This document shows positions 8,331 through 18,158 of a stretch of DNA of 64,000 nucleotides, one piece after another. Position numbers and translations under genes: made by a program. Source of the DNA: an uncultured Gammaproteobacteria bacterium. GTDB taxonomy: Bacteria; Patescibacteriota; Patescibacteriia; UBA9934. The stretch covers positions 307,061 through 371,060 of the forward strand of contig CAZKGL010000001.1 in the NCBI GenBank assembly GCA_964552565.1, in the 5' to 3' direction. The notes under the pieces were generated by a model that saw only the letters and a program-made list of their open reading frames with translations, did no database searches and had not been told where the DNA came from. The first letter of the stretch is position 1; each line of letters starts with the position of its first letter.

Positions 8331-8558
8331 ATGACGGAAGCATTCACGAAAACTGCGGCGCAGATCTTCGATGAGATCGTCGAACGCGGCAGGAGCGAGA
8401 TGATCACGAGCAAGGAGGCGTACGACATGACGGTCGAAGAGGTCGTGGAAGAGCACCAAGATCTGGACGAGATCGACATCGACGAGGATAACGAGGGGCT
8501 GGAGGCGCATCTGAAGGAGCGTTTTGCGGACTACCTCGCGCAGCTCAAGGTCGAGTAG
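8331..8558 (+). CDS. Small acidic hypothetical protein (75 aa)
   Basis: MTEAFTKTAAQIFDEIVERG...; extended -10 TGGTACGAT 8 nt upstream; abuts the next gene. Confidence 0.7.
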   Translation: MTEAFTKTAAQIFDEIVERGRSEMITSKEAYDMTVEEVVEEHQDLDEIDIDEDNEGLEAHLKERFADYLAQLKVE

Positions 8559-8560
8559 CT

Positions 8561-9928
8561 ATGCGCCTCACGTTTTTTGGCGCGACCGAGTCCGTGACCG
8601 GGTCGTGTTTTCTTGTGGAGACGAACGGTAGCACGCTGCTCGTCGATTGCGGCGCGGTGCAGGGCGAGCGCATGTGCAGCAAGACCAACCTTGAGGATTT
8701 TCCGTTCGACCCGAAAGCGATCGACGCCGTGCTTGTGACGCACGCGCACTTCGACCATACCGGCCGTTTGCCGAAACTCGTGCGGGACGGGTTCGCGGGC
8801 CCGATTTTTTCGACTGCACCGACGAAGAGCATTTCGGAGATCGTGCTCGAGGACTCGCTCACCGTCATGCGGGAGAACGCAGAGAAGTGCGGCGACGGCG
8901 TGCCGTACGAAGAAGAGGATATCGTTGCGGCGCTCGGCCGCATGAAGGGGATCGGCTACCACACCGAATTCGAGCCGGCGCGGCACGTACGCGCCATGTT
9001 CCACGATGCCGGGCACATCTTGGGTTCGTCGTTTGTTTCGCTGGACATCCCGGGCGAGGACATGGCGTCAGGCAATGAGGCGCGCATCGTGTTCAGCGGC
9101 GATATCGGCAACGACAACGTCCCGATCCTTCCCGATACTGATGCGATCGAGCATGCGGACATCGTGGTGTGTGAGTCGACGTATGGCGCGAAAGACCACG
9201 ACCCGGTCGAGACACGCGGCAAGGACCTCGCGGCGTTCGTGCAGGAGGTCATCGGTCGGGGCGGGACGCTGCTCATCCCGGCGTTTTCCGTCGAACGCAC
9301 GCAGGAGCTGCTGTACGAACTCGACTTGCTCCTCGAAGCGCGCGTCATCCCCGAGGTTCCTATTTACCTCGACAGCCCGCTCGCCATTAAGGCGACCGAG
9401 CTCTACCGCCACTACAAGGCGTATTTGCGTTTTGACCATCCGGCAAGCAAGGACGGGGACTTTTTCTCGTTCCGCAACCTGCGCGAGACGCTGACGGTGC
9501 AGGAATCGACGCTCATCGACACCGACCGTCGCCCGAAGATCGTCATCGCAGGCAACGGCATGATGACCGGCGGGCGCATTCTGCGTCATTTGCAACAGCA
9601 CCTCGGCGACCCGAAGTCGGGCGTGCTCATCATCGGGTTCCAAGGCGCATACACGCTCGGCCGGAAGATCCAGGACGGCGCGAAGACGGTGATGATTGAA
9701 AAGAGAAAAGTCGAGGTCGCCGCGACGGTGAAGTCCATCGAAGCGTTTTCGGCGCACGGCGACCGCGCCAAGCTCGCGCGCTGGCTGCATCCGGAGTCCG
9801 GCGGCGTCCCAAGGGTCTTCCTGACGCATGGTGAGCAGGAAACGAAGGAGCAGTTTGCGCAGTACTTGCACGCCCACGGCATCCCCGACGTCACTATTCC
9901 GCGCATCACGCAGACGTTCGAGTTTTGA
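8561..9928 (+). CDS. MBL-fold beta-CASP ribonuclease
   Basis: THAHFDHTG, DAGHILGS, FSGDIG, ESTYG, PAFSVERTQE, FSAHGD, THGE. Confidence 0.92.
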   Translation: MRLTFFGATESVTGSCFLVETNGSTLLVDCGAVQGERMCSKTNLEDFPFDPKAIDAVLVTHAHFDHTGRLPKLVRDGFAGPIFSTAPTKSISEIVLEDSLTVMRENAEKCGDGVPYEEEDIVAALGRMKGIGYHTEFEPARHVRAMFHDAGHILGSSFVSLDIPGEDMASGNEARIVFSGDIGNDNVPILPDTDAIEHADIVVCESTYGAKDHDPVETRGKDLAAFVQEVIGRGGTLLIPAFSVERTQELLYELDLLLEARVIPEVPIYLDSPLAIKATELYRHYKAYLRFDHPASKDGDFFSFRNLRETLTVQESTLIDTDRRPKIVIAGNGMMTGGRILRHLQQHLGDPKSGVLIIGFQGAYTLGRKIQDGAKTVMIEKRKVEVAATVKSIEAFSAHGDRAKLARWLHPESGGVPRVFLTHGEQETKEQFAQYLHAHGIPDVTIPRITQTFEF

Positions 9929-9983
9929 CCCTCCGTACCCCCCCTCGGTCGAGGGGGAGTATGAGGGGGTTGCGCTGCGGTAT

Positions 9984-10550
9984 CTACTCGAGCGCCCAGT
10001 CGTAGAAGGGGACGGCGTCGGTGTTGAACGTCGTCGGGGCGATGGCGTCGTACGGCGGAAGGGTATCGATACTGATCGCGTTCCCCGCGCGGACATCGGC
10101 GGTGTACGTGCCTTGCGTGACATACGCCGTGCCGCGGAGCACCTTCACGTCGACTTTGTTGAGCCAGCTGTAGTGCACGAGCGTTGCCGCGCCGTCGACG
10201 GCAATCATCACGTCGCGCACGGTGAGCGTCGCGTCGCCGTCGATGACCACGCGCCCGGTGTCAAAACGGAACCGCTCGCCGTCCTGGGAAAGCAGCGTGT
10301 TCGTGTCCAGGAGGAACCGCGTGTCGCCGACGAGGTACTCGCGGTAGACATATTCCGAGCTGCGCAGTTCGTGCGCAGGCGCTTCGGTGTCCTGCCAGCA
10401 GGCGTCCGCGGTCTCTTCGGTGGTACAGAAGGTGGTGATGAGCGTGATGTCTTGCGTGTGTGGCGCGGTGTCGAGCCGGTTTTTGACGAGCAGTCCGGTG
10501 ACGAGAAGGGCGAGGACGACGGTCGCCGCGATTGTGGTAGTATTTCGCAT
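9984..10550 (-). CDS. Membrane-anchored hypothetical protein, FecR-like beta domain
   Basis: N-terminal TM; beta-rich region with VKVLRGTAYV. Confidence 0.6.
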   Translation of the reverse strand: MRNTTTIAATVVLALLVTGLLVKNRLDTAPHTQDITLITTFCTTEETADACWQDTEAPAHELRSSEYVYREYLVGDTRFLLDTNTLLSQDGERFRFDTGRVVIDGDATLTVRDVMIAVDGAATLVHYSWLNKVDVKVLRGTAYVTQGTYTADVRAGNAISIDTLPPYDAIAPTTFNTDAVPFYDWALE

Positions 10551-10567
10551 AGTACGTGATGTCCCGA

Positions 10568-10592
10568 TTTTCTCACGATCGTGAGTTTTCCG
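10568..10592. repeat. 25-bp element with 14-bp palindromic core, copy 1
   Basis: TTTTCTCACGATCGTGAGTTTTCCG identical at 39088-39112. Confidence 0.85.
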
Positions 10593-10610
10593 CGACATGA
10601 CCATGCAAGT

Positions 10611-11459
10611 ATGACGAAAAGCGAGCGGATCCGGAAGATACGGCGGGGATTACTGGCGTGGTTTCGCCGCAAGGGCAGGGGTTTGCCATGGCGCAAGACG
10701 AGCGACCCGTACCGCATCGTCGTGTCGGAAGTCATGCTCCAGCAGACGCAAGTGCGCCGCGTCATCCCGAAGTACCGCGCGTTCCTCAAACGATTTCCGA
10801 CATGGCGCGCGCTCGCCCGCGCAACACAAGCCGACGTGGTGCGCATGTGGCACGGCCTCGGCTACAACCGGCGCGCAATGATGCTCCACCGGTTGGCGCA
10901 AGCGGTCGGTGAAGAGGAACTGCCGCGCGATCATGCATCGCTCATCACGCTTCCCGGCATTGGGACGTACACGGCAGAGGCGGTGCGCGCGTTTGCGTTC
11001 CGTGTTCCTGGCGCCGCACCGGTCGACACGAACATCGAGCGCATTTTGAAGCGCGTGTTCGGTGCGCACACGAAGCCGCGGGATGCTGTCCAGGCGTTGG
11101 CACACGAGGTCGTCCCGAGCGATGTGTGGAGCTGGAACCACGCCATGATGGACCTTGGCGCGACGGTCTGCACCGCACGTGCGCCGTTATGTACGGCATG
11201 TCCACTGCAGTCGGCATGTGCGTCGTATCCGTGCGCCGGGAATGACGTGAAGAAGCGTCCGCAGAAGAAGTTCGCGGATTCGGACCGCATGTATCGCGGC
11301 CGCATTATCGCCGTGCTCCGCGCAAAGGCGCACGACCCCGATGCGCTGCAGGCGGCCGTGCGGCTCGACGACGAGGAGCGGTTCGGCCGGCTTGTGGACA
11401 ACCTCACTGCCGAGGGGCTCGTTCGGCTGAAACGTGGTAGACTAGAGCTCAAATACTAA
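10611..11459 (+). CDS. mutY: A/G-specific adenine glycosylase (short MutY)
   Basis: LPWRKTSDPY..VSEVMLQQTQV, GLGYNRRA, LPGIGTYTA (HhH), VDTN, Cx6Cx2Cx5C Fe-S motif. Confidence 0.9.
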   Translation: MTKSERIRKIRRGLLAWFRRKGRGLPWRKTSDPYRIVVSEVMLQQTQVRRVIPKYRAFLKRFPTWRALARATQADVVRMWHGLGYNRRAMMLHRLAQAVGEEELPRDHASLITLPGIGTYTAEAVRAFAFRVPGAAPVDTNIERILKRVFGAHTKPRDAVQALAHEVVPSDVWSWNHAMMDLGATVCTARAPLCTACPLQSACASYPCAGNDVKKRPQKKFADSDRMYRGRIIAVLRAKAHDPDALQAAVRLDDEERFGRLVDNLTAEGLVRLKRGRLELKY

Positions 11460-11728
11460 TGATTTCTATGGCCCTTTTGGAGTTTTACGGCGACACGTGC
11501 CCGCACTGCATCGCCATGAAGCCGCTCGTTGCCGACCTCGAAAAAGCGCTCGGGGTGACGGTCGAGCAGTACGAAGTGTGGAATAATGCAGACAACGCGA
11601 AGAAGATGGACGAACTCGACAAGGGCGAGTGCGGCGGCGTCCCGTATTTCTACAACACGGAAACCAACAAGCATCTATGCGGGTCAACCGACTACGAATC
11701 GCTCAAGGCCTGGGCGCAGGGGTCCTAG
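11459..11728 (+). CDS. Thioredoxin/glutaredoxin-like protein
   Basis: CPHC motif, GVP cis-Pro loop. Confidence 0.88.
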   Translation: MISMALLEFYGDTCPHCIAMKPLVADLEKALGVTVEQYEVWNNADNAKKMDELDKGECGGVPYFYNTETNKHLCGSTDYESLKAWAQGS

Positions 11729-12564
11729 TACTCCTGGGCGCGGGCTGTACCGCCATCGTCCCGGACGCCACGACGTCCGAGGAGATCGACTTTCATGCCG
11801 GCGCGGCGTTCACCATCGAACAGACGTGGTTCGGCATCAACACGCCGCAGCGGGAAGCGTACGGCAAGCGCAACGTCACGGTCGACGAGTGGGCGGCGAA
11901 CGAATCCACGACGCTTTCGTGGACGATGACGTCGCGGCAGGAGACCGAGGCGTCGGTCGCGGCGCGCGAGGCGGCGTCGCAGGTGCCCATCGGGGAAGAG
12001 GCGAGCGTCCCCGACCCCGTCTACGAAGACGTGACGACGACGGGGTCCGTCATGACCGATGCGCTCAACAATGCGGAGCGCATCCTGCTCCCGTCGTACT
12101 GGCCGCAAGGCGCGTACGACGTGCGCGGCGAAGAGAACAGCGTCGTGTGGCTCTCGCGCCAGCAGTACGACGAGCTCGTGTCGACGAGGTCCTCGCATAT
12201 CGCCATCGGCCTGTTTGACGCGACGCTCCAGAATCTCATCGATTTTGGAGAAGGCGTGTCGAACGCCCTTGCGAAACTCCAGGGAGAGCTCGCGGCGCAG
12301 GAGACATCGAACACCGATATTACCAAGCTCGAAGCCGAAGGCGACTGGGGATCAATGACGTTGACGGTGAACGGCGAGCCGACTACCGTACGCACCATAG
12401 CGGCCACGAGCGCTTTTGCGGACTACGTCATTCTCGCCAATCCCGAGAACCCGCTCATCCTCAAGGTCTCCATCAAGCCGCTGTCGCTCGGGTTCGGGAT
12501 GCTTTCCACGCTCAGCGTGGTGAAGTCCCTTGCCGGATACGAAATTACTTCACTCACTTACTAA
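11677..12564 (+). CDS. Putative lipoprotein
   Basis: MRVNRLRIAQGLGAGVLVLLGAGC lipobox-like; start overlaps the thioredoxin 3' end. Confidence 0.7.
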   Translation: MRVNRLRIAQGLGAGVLVLLGAGCTAIVPDATTSEEIDFHAGAAFTIEQTWFGINTPQREAYGKRNVTVDEWAANESTTLSWTMTSRQETEASVAAREAASQVPIGEEASVPDPVYEDVTTTGSVMTDALNNAERILLPSYWPQGAYDVRGEENSVVWLSRQQYDELVSTRSSHIAIGLFDATLQNLIDFGEGVSNALAKLQGELAAQETSNTDITKLEAEGDWGSMTLTVNGEPTTVRTIAATSAFADYVILANPENPLILKVSIKPLSLGFGMLSTLSVVKSLAGYEITSLTY

Positions 12565-12571
12565 CCGCGAT

Positions 12572-12820
12572 ATGAAGTTCGACATGAAACTCAATACGTT
12601 TGCCGACCCGTTCTTCCGCACCGTGGCGCATGCGTTCCTTGGCTCGGTGTGCGGCCTCGTTGGCGGCATCGTCATCGGCGCGCTCATCGGGGTCATCGCC
12701 CGCTACGGTATCGAGGGCTACGGCGAGTTCGGCAGTTTCATTTCCATCGGTTCCATGTCGACCGGTGCAGTACTCGGCGCAATCTTCGGCGGCATCGTCG
12801 GCATCGTGCGGAAGGATTAA
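12572..12820 (+). CDS. Small Gly-rich membrane protein
   Basis: Two glycine-zipper hydrophobic helices. Confidence 0.65.
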   Translation: MKFDMKLNTFADPFFRTVAHAFLGSVCGLVGGIVIGALIGVIARYGIEGYGEFGSFISIGSMSTGAVLGAIFGGIVGIVRKD

Positions 12821-12851
12821 AAAAACCGGGGCCCTCGCGGGCCTCGATTTT

Positions 12852-13706
12852 TTATTCCATCCTATCCAGCCAGTTCGGGTCGACCTCGACCGAGAGATCG
12901 AGGAAGTACTTGCGGTTCGTCACGGCCTCGAGTTCGCGGCGGGTCGACTGGCCGATTTCGCGGATGCCGCGACCGCCGACACCGATGATCATCGGCTTGT
13001 AGCGTTCGGCCGAGGTGTAGATGATCGCCTTCACGTACATCATGCCGTTCTCGCGCTCGGCGATCTCCTCCACTTCGACGTGTGTCGAGTAGGGAAGCTC
13101 CTCGCGCAGGCGCAAGAAAAGCTTTTCGCGGATGAGCTCGGCGAGCCATTCCTCGTTGCTCATGTTCGTCATCTGGAACTCGGGGTAGTGCGCCTCGCCC
13201 TCCTTGAGGTTCTCGAAAATCCAACGCACGATGAGGTCGGTGTTCTTTCCCGTGAGCGCCGAGACTTCGGCGTATGCGTCGAAGTTCTTCGCAAGGTCGC
13301 GGTAAAAGTCGACGTTGCGCTTCGCGTCGCGGTCGTCCATTTTGTTGATGACGAGGAGCTTCGGGACTTCGACGTGCTCGACGAGCCGCAGCGCCGCCTT
13401 TTCTTCGTCGCCGATCGGGCGCGTCGGGTCGACGACGTACAATACGACGTCGATGTCGCGCAGCGCGTCCTTAATCCACCCGGTCAGTTTCTGCGTGAGC
13501 GGGTCGCGCGCCTTTTGCATGAACCCCGGCGTGTCGACAATGACGGCCTGGCCGAGGTCGGTGGTGATGACACCCTGCACCGGGCGGCGGGTCGTCTGCG
13601 GCTTGGGGGTCGTAATGGCGATCTTGCTGCCAACGAGGCTGTTCAAGAGCGTGGATTTTCCGACGTTGCTGCGGCCGATGACGGCCACGAATCCTGACTT
13701 TTTCAT
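12852..13706 (-). CDS. era: GTPase Era
   Basis: GRSNVGKST, PQTTR, DTPG, NKMD, KH domain with IIGVGG. Confidence 0.97.
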   Translation of the reverse strand: MKKSGFVAVIGRSNVGKSTLLNSLVGSKIAITTPKPQTTRRPVQGVITTDLGQAVIVDTPGFMQKARDPLTQKLTGWIKDALRDIDVVLYVVDPTRPIGDEEKAALRLVEHVEVPKLLVINKMDDRDAKRNVDFYRDLAKNFDAYAEVSALTGKNTDLIVRWIFENLKEGEAHYPEFQMTNMSNEEWLAELIREKLFLRLREELPYSTHVEVEEIAERENGMMYVKAIIYTSAERYKPMIIGVGGRGIREIGQSTRRELEAVTNRKYFLDLSVEVDPNWLDRME

Positions 13707-13821
13707 AGGAGGTGATCGCCCGGCAGGCGCCGGGCACCAAGAATGAAGTGGATATCTTAGCAGGATTGTCGCACAATTTCAAGTTGCTTGGTATACTGTG
13801 TGGCAGCACTAATCTTTTTTT

Positions 13822-13995
13822 ATGAAACGGAGGTCATCATCACTTTCGCAACATCCGCTCAGTTGGGCGTTCCTCGTACTCGCCATGGCGTTCGCATCGC
13901 TCGCCATCGCGATCCTCGTCGACCAGAATGACACGCTGACAAACCGCGTCGCGCAGCTCGAAGCGCAGCTCGCGGAGGTCGAAACCGCAGAGTAA
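13822..13995 (+). CDS. Small single-TM coiled-coil protein (57 aa; not in ORF track)
   Basis: MKRRSSSLSQHPLSWAFLVLAMAFASLAIAILVDQNDTLTNRVAQLEAQLAEVETAE*; TGGTATACT box upstream, hairpin downstream. Confidence 0.6.
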   Translation: MKRRSSSLSQHPLSWAFLVLAMAFASLAIAILVDQNDTLTNRVAQLEAQLAEVETAE

Positions 13996-14007
13996 ACGCA
14001 AACGACG

Positions 14008-14037
14008 ACGCCCGGCCTCGCAAGAGGCCGGGCGTCT
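14008..14037. terminator. Hairpin between convergent genes
   Basis: GACGCCCGGCCTC-GCAA-GAGGCCGGGCGTC. Confidence 0.65.
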
Positions 14038-14053
14038 TGGTACCGAACGAAGG

Positions 14054-15187
14054 TCATGCCTTGCGCTGCAATGCCGCAACGAGCTCGACGTGCGGGGTGT
14101 GCGGGAACATGTCGATGGCGCGCATGGCCTCGACGGTGTAGTGCTCCTTGAGCTGCACCATCTCGCGTGCGAAATTTTTGTAGTTGCAAGAAATGTACAC
14201 GATGCGCTCCGGCTTCGCGGCGATGACGTCAGCGAGCGCCTTGTCGTGCATGCCGCTGCGCGGCGGGTCGAGGATGACGACGTCCGCACCGATCCGCATC
14301 CAATCGAACTCTTCCGTCTTTGCGTCATGGAACTCGACGCCGACCGCATTCAGTTCCGCGTTCATGCGTGCATCCTTGATCGCCTCGGGGACGAGTTCGA
14401 CGCCGACCGTGCGCGCAGCGAGCGGTGCCATGGCGACCGCGAAGAAGCCCGTGCCGCAATACAGGTCGAGCAACGTCTTGTGGGAAAGGTCGCCGGCGAA
14501 TTCGCGCACCGTGTCCATGAGCGCGGGTGCAGCGTAGGAGTTCGTCTGGAAGAACGCATTCGGGGAGATGCGGTAGCGCACGCCGTTGATGACCTCGTGA
14601 ATGACGCCGTCGCCCGTAATGACGCGCAGTTCGTCGCCGAAGCTCACGTCGGTAATGGTGTGGTTGATTGCCCACACCACGGTTGTCGCCTTACTGATGT
14701 CGGCAAGGTCGCGGAGCGCGGCTTCGACCGCCTGTGCTTCAGCGGCATCTGCGGGCGCGCTTGTCACGATTGACACCATCGTCTCGCCAAGCGTCGTTGC
14801 ACGGATGACGGCGTAGCGCAGCAAGCCGGTGTGCGCCTTGCGGTCAAAATACGACAGTCCGCATGCCTGTGCCCATGCGCGGACGACCGTGAACAGTTCG
14901 TCGATCTTCTCATCGCCAAGGAAACAGGCGTGGTCGTCGATGACGCGCCACCACTTGCCCTTTTCGCGCAGCCCGACCGCGCCTTCGAAGTTGATGACGA
15001 AGTCCATGCGGTTGCGGTAGTGCTCCGTCTTCGGCGATGCCACGATGCCATCCACGCGAAGGTCGAGTTTTTTCAGCGCAAAGCTCCCGTTAATGTCGGA
15101 GAGTTTTTGCTTGAGCTGCTTGTCGTAGGGGATATGCGACCAGCCGCAGGAACCGCAGATGTCGGGTTTGGGGCAAGGGGAGGCCAT
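14054..15187 (-). CDS. RNA (uracil-5-)methyltransferase, RlmD/TrmA family (no TRAM domain)
   Basis: CGSC Fe-S, YRNRM, FFQTN, DLYCGTG, DPPRSG, YISCN, DMFPHTPHVE. Confidence 0.9.
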   Translation of the reverse strand: MASPCPKPDICGSCGWSHIPYDKQLKQKLSDINGSFALKKLDLRVDGIVASPKTEHYRNRMDFVINFEGAVGLREKGKWWRVIDDHACFLGDEKIDELFTVVRAWAQACGLSYFDRKAHTGLLRYAVIRATTLGETMVSIVTSAPADAAEAQAVEAALRDLADISKATTVVWAINHTITDVSFGDELRVITGDGVIHEVINGVRYRISPNAFFQTNSYAAPALMDTVREFAGDLSHKTLLDLYCGTGFFAVAMAPLAARTVGVELVPEAIKDARMNAELNAVGVEFHDAKTEEFDWMRIGADVVILDPPRSGMHDKALADVIAAKPERIVYISCNYKNFAREMVQLKEHYTVEAMRAIDMFPHTPHVELVAALQRKA

Positions 15188-15252
15188 AGGAAGGAAGCGA
15201 CTATACCCGAGCCGGTTGCAAACGGCAATGTGCTGCCGTATGCTCGGGGCGC

Positions 15253-15678
15253 ATGATCGTCATCGCGCATGACATCCGCAGCCTCCACAACGTCGGCAGC
15301 ATCTTCCGCAACGCCGCTGCGTTTGGGGTTGAGAAACTTTTGTTGACGGGCTATACTGCGGCACCGCCGCGCAAGGAGATTGCGAAGGTTGCGCTCGGCG
15401 CCGAAGCGCTCGTGCCGTGGGAGCAGGCGTCCATCGGGGACGCGGTTGCCCGCTGCAGGGCAGAAGGGTACCGTGTGCTCGGCCTTGAGACCGGCGGCGA
15501 CGACATCCGCGCGATCCGTGGCGAGAAGGTCGCATTGGTGCTCGGCAATGAAGTCGAGGGCATCGATGCTGCGACGCGTTCGCTCCTCGACGGCCTCGTG
15601 GAGATCCCCATGAGCAAAAAGCGTTCGCTGAACGTCTCCGTCGCAAGCGGCGTTGCCATGTACGTGCTTTCACAGTAA
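15253..15678 (+). CDS. SpoU/TrmH family RNA methyltransferase
   Basis: HNVGSIFR, LGNEVEG, SLNVSVA. Confidence 0.92.
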   Translation: MIVIAHDIRSLHNVGSIFRNAAAFGVEKLLLTGYTAAPPRKEIAKVALGAEALVPWEQASIGDAVARCRAEGYRVLGLETGGDDIRAIRGEKVALVLGNEVEGIDAATRSLLDGLVEIPMSKKRSLNVSVASGVAMYVLSQ

Positions 15679-15687
15679 CCATCACAT

Positions 15688-15784
15688 CGGCCGGGTCCTG
15701 CCGCCTTCGCACCCTGTTGGGTGCTCGACTCGTCGGACTCGTCTGCGCGCCCAAGCAGGGGACCTGCTCGGCGTCACCCGGCCG
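15688..15784 (+). repeat. Structured dispersed repeat, copy 2 (5 nt upstream of tRNA-Arg)
   Basis: Core identical to the reverse complement of copy 3. Confidence 0.95.
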
Positions 15785-15789
15785 TTTCC

Positions 15790-15866
15790 GCACCCGTAGC
15801 TTAGCTGGATAAAGCGCCTCCCTCCGAAGGAGGAGACCGTGCGTTCGAATCGCGCCGGGTGCACCA
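15790..15866 (+). tRNA. tRNA-Arg(CCG)
   Basis: GCACCCG/CGGGTGC acceptor, CCTCC-CTCCGAA-GGAGG anticodon arm, GTTCGAATC, CCA. Confidence 0.97.
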
Positions 15867-15921
15867 CGAGAGACTGACCAAAAAGGTCAGTTTTTCGTTT
15901 TTATGCTATTGTCGATGGCGT

Positions 15922-16635
15922 ATGCCGACCGTTGCCGTCGTCATTCCTGCCAAAAATGAAGAACGGTATCTGCCGGGGCTGCTTGAGGCATTGCGGCGGC
16001 AGACGGTGCGGCCGGATGACGTCGCGGTCGGCGATGGCGGCTCGAGCGACGCGACGCGCGACATTGCGCGGAAGTTCGGCGCGAAGGTGGTGCAGGGCGG
16101 CAGCACGGCGCTCGGCCGCAACAAGGGCGCCGCGGTGACGACGAGCGACCTCATCGTATTTTTTGACGCCGACGCGATTATTGAGGACCCGCGGTTCATC
16201 GAACGCGCGATGCGCGAATTCACCGAACGCGGCTTGGACGTCGCGACCGCGGACGTCGATGTGCGCGGCGGCACGCTCGTCGACCGCGCGAGCTTCGGGT
16301 TTTATAACCGCTATGTGCGGTGGTGGGGTGCGCGGCACCCGCACCCTATCGGCACGTTTATCATGGTCCGCCGCAGCGTGCATGAGGCGTTGCGCGGCTT
16401 CGATACCGCGGTGACGTTTGCGGAGGACCACGATTACGGGCTCCGGGCGCGCGACCTTGGGTACCGGTTCGGCGTCCTCGACACCGTCCGCATCGGCACG
16501 TCGCCGCGGCGGCAAGAACGCATCGGGCGCGTCCGGTTCCTTCTCGTCAACGCGCTCGCCGAGCCGTACATCATGCTGTTTGGTTCCATTAAGAAACGCG
16601 AATTCAAGGATGAGTACGAGAAGCCGGCGTCATGA
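15922..16635 (+). CDS. Glycosyltransferase family 2
   Basis: VVIPAKNEE, DGGSSD, FFDAD, GFD..AEDHD. Confidence 0.9.
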   Translation: MPTVAVVIPAKNEERYLPGLLEALRRQTVRPDDVAVGDGGSSDATRDIARKFGAKVVQGGSTALGRNKGAAVTTSDLIVFFDADAIIEDPRFIERAMREFTERGLDVATADVDVRGGTLVDRASFGFYNRYVRWWGARHPHPIGTFIMVRRSVHEALRGFDTAVTFAEDHDYGLRARDLGYRFGVLDTVRIGTSPRRQERIGRVRFLLVNALAEPYIMLFGSIKKREFKDEYEKPAS

Positions 16636-16657
16636 TACAATGCAGGCAATCGGAGGT

Positions 16658-17557
16658 ATGCCGTCGACCACAGTCAAGGGGGAACTTTTTTCGTGGCAGC
16701 ACATCGTGCGGCCGAACGCGAAGGACGTCGCGTCCGTCGCCGAGGACTTTGCGTTAACGACCGCCGAGGCGGCATGGCTGCACCACGCGCCCGAGCTGCC
16801 GCGCCTCCTCGACCGCGGGCCATGGAACATGCTCACGCTCCATGTCCCGGGCTTCCTCATGAGTAAGCACGCCATGGAGCGGGCGACGCTCGTCCTCCTG
16901 TACGACAAGCGCCACGTGGTCACGCTGTGCGACAAGCCGCTCCCGATGCTCGCCGCGCTCGCCCCGAAAGGGAAGCGCAGGGCGCCGAAGCAGTTTGACC
17001 ATGGGACGTCCACGGATATCGTCGCGTGGATCCTTGGCGCGGTCTTCGAGGGCTTGCACGAGATCACCGACGACATGATGCGCGCCATCGAGCGCCTGGA
17101 ACGCGGCCTGCACCGCCGCCAGTCCGACGCGATGACGCGCGACCTCGGCCGTCTCCGCCGCGACATCCTCATGCTCGACCTCATGGTCGACCCAGCGCGC
17201 AGCGTCATCGAGGAGCTCCTGAAGACGCAGGAGCCGCACCGGTCGGAGGCGAGCGAACTCGCGCTCAGGCAGATCCGCGACCGCCTCCGCGGCATCCACG
17301 TCATCCTCGACCACTACAACAAACTCGTCGACGGTATTTTCCGCATGCACGAGACGCTGTTGTCGCACCACACCAACCGCGTCGTGCAGGCGCTCACCAT
17401 CATTTCCGTGCTCCTCATGCCGCCGACGCTCATCACGAGCTACTATGGCATGAACATCGCCGACCTTCCGCTTGCGCACGACTTCCGGATCGTTTCCCTC
17501 GGGCTCGTCGCGGTCGTCCTGCTCTTCTTGTTCTTGGTTCTGCGTATCCGCCGCTAG
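16658..17557 (+). CDS. CorA family divalent cation transporter
   Basis: C-terminal LTIISVLLMPPTLITSYYGMN (GMN motif) plus second TM; start 16640 or 16658. Confidence 0.88.
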   Translation: MPSTTVKGELFSWQHIVRPNAKDVASVAEDFALTTAEAAWLHHAPELPRLLDRGPWNMLTLHVPGFLMSKHAMERATLVLLYDKRHVVTLCDKPLPMLAALAPKGKRRAPKQFDHGTSTDIVAWILGAVFEGLHEITDDMMRAIERLERGLHRRQSDAMTRDLGRLRRDILMLDLMVDPARSVIEELLKTQEPHRSEASELALRQIRDRLRGIHVILDHYNKLVDGIFRMHETLLSHHTNRVVQALTIISVLLMPPTLITSYYGMNIADLPLAHDFRIVSLGLVAVVLLFLFLVLRIRR

Positions 17558-17559
17558 CT

Positions 17560-18141
17560 ATGTCCCGCCCCATCCCGGTCGAAATTATCCCGTCCCACGT
17601 CCACCTGTCCGAAGCGCACCACGCGGCGCTGTTCGGACCGACGCACGCGGCGACGATCGTCGAGAACCTGTCGCAGACGGGGCAGTTCGCGTATGCCGAG
17701 CGGGTCGAGGTGTACGGCAGGCTGAAACGCTCGGTGCCGCTGCGCGTCCTCGGCCCGTGCCGACGCACGACGCAGGTGGAACTCACGCCGACCGAGGCGC
17801 AGCTGCTTGGCCTCACGCCGCCTGTCGCGCGCTCCGGCGACATGTCGGAGGCGGTCGGGTGCCGCTTGGTCGGTCCGCACGGCGAGGTCGAGGCCGACGC
17901 CGTGGTCATCATCCCGAAGCCGCATCTGCATTGTTCCGACACCGAGGCGGCAAGCCTGCACGTCGTCAACGGCAAGACGGTGTCCGTGGAGGTCCTCGGC
18001 GATAACCCGTATGTGCTTGACGACGTCGTCGTCCGGGTCCACCCGAGCTACCGCCTGCGGCTCCACGTCCATCCCGACATCGCCCGGACGCATTGGATGA
18101 CCGGCGTTGTCCACGCCCGCATTCGCGACAAGGGGCTCTAG
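17560..18141 (+). CDS. PduL-family phosphate acyltransferase (divergent)
   Basis: SHVHLS, LSQTGQFA, RVLGPCRRTTQVE, RSGD, HLHC, DDVVVRV. Confidence 0.8.
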   Translation: MSRPIPVEIIPSHVHLSEAHHAALFGPTHAATIVENLSQTGQFAYAERVEVYGRLKRSVPLRVLGPCRRTTQVELTPTEAQLLGLTPPVARSGDMSEAVGCRLVGPHGEVEADAVVIIPKPHLHCSDTEAASLHVVNGKTVSVEVLGDNPYVLDDVVVRVHPSYRLRLHVHPDIARTHWMTGVVHARIRDKGL

Positions 18142-18158
18142 TGGTAAAATGGCCGCGT

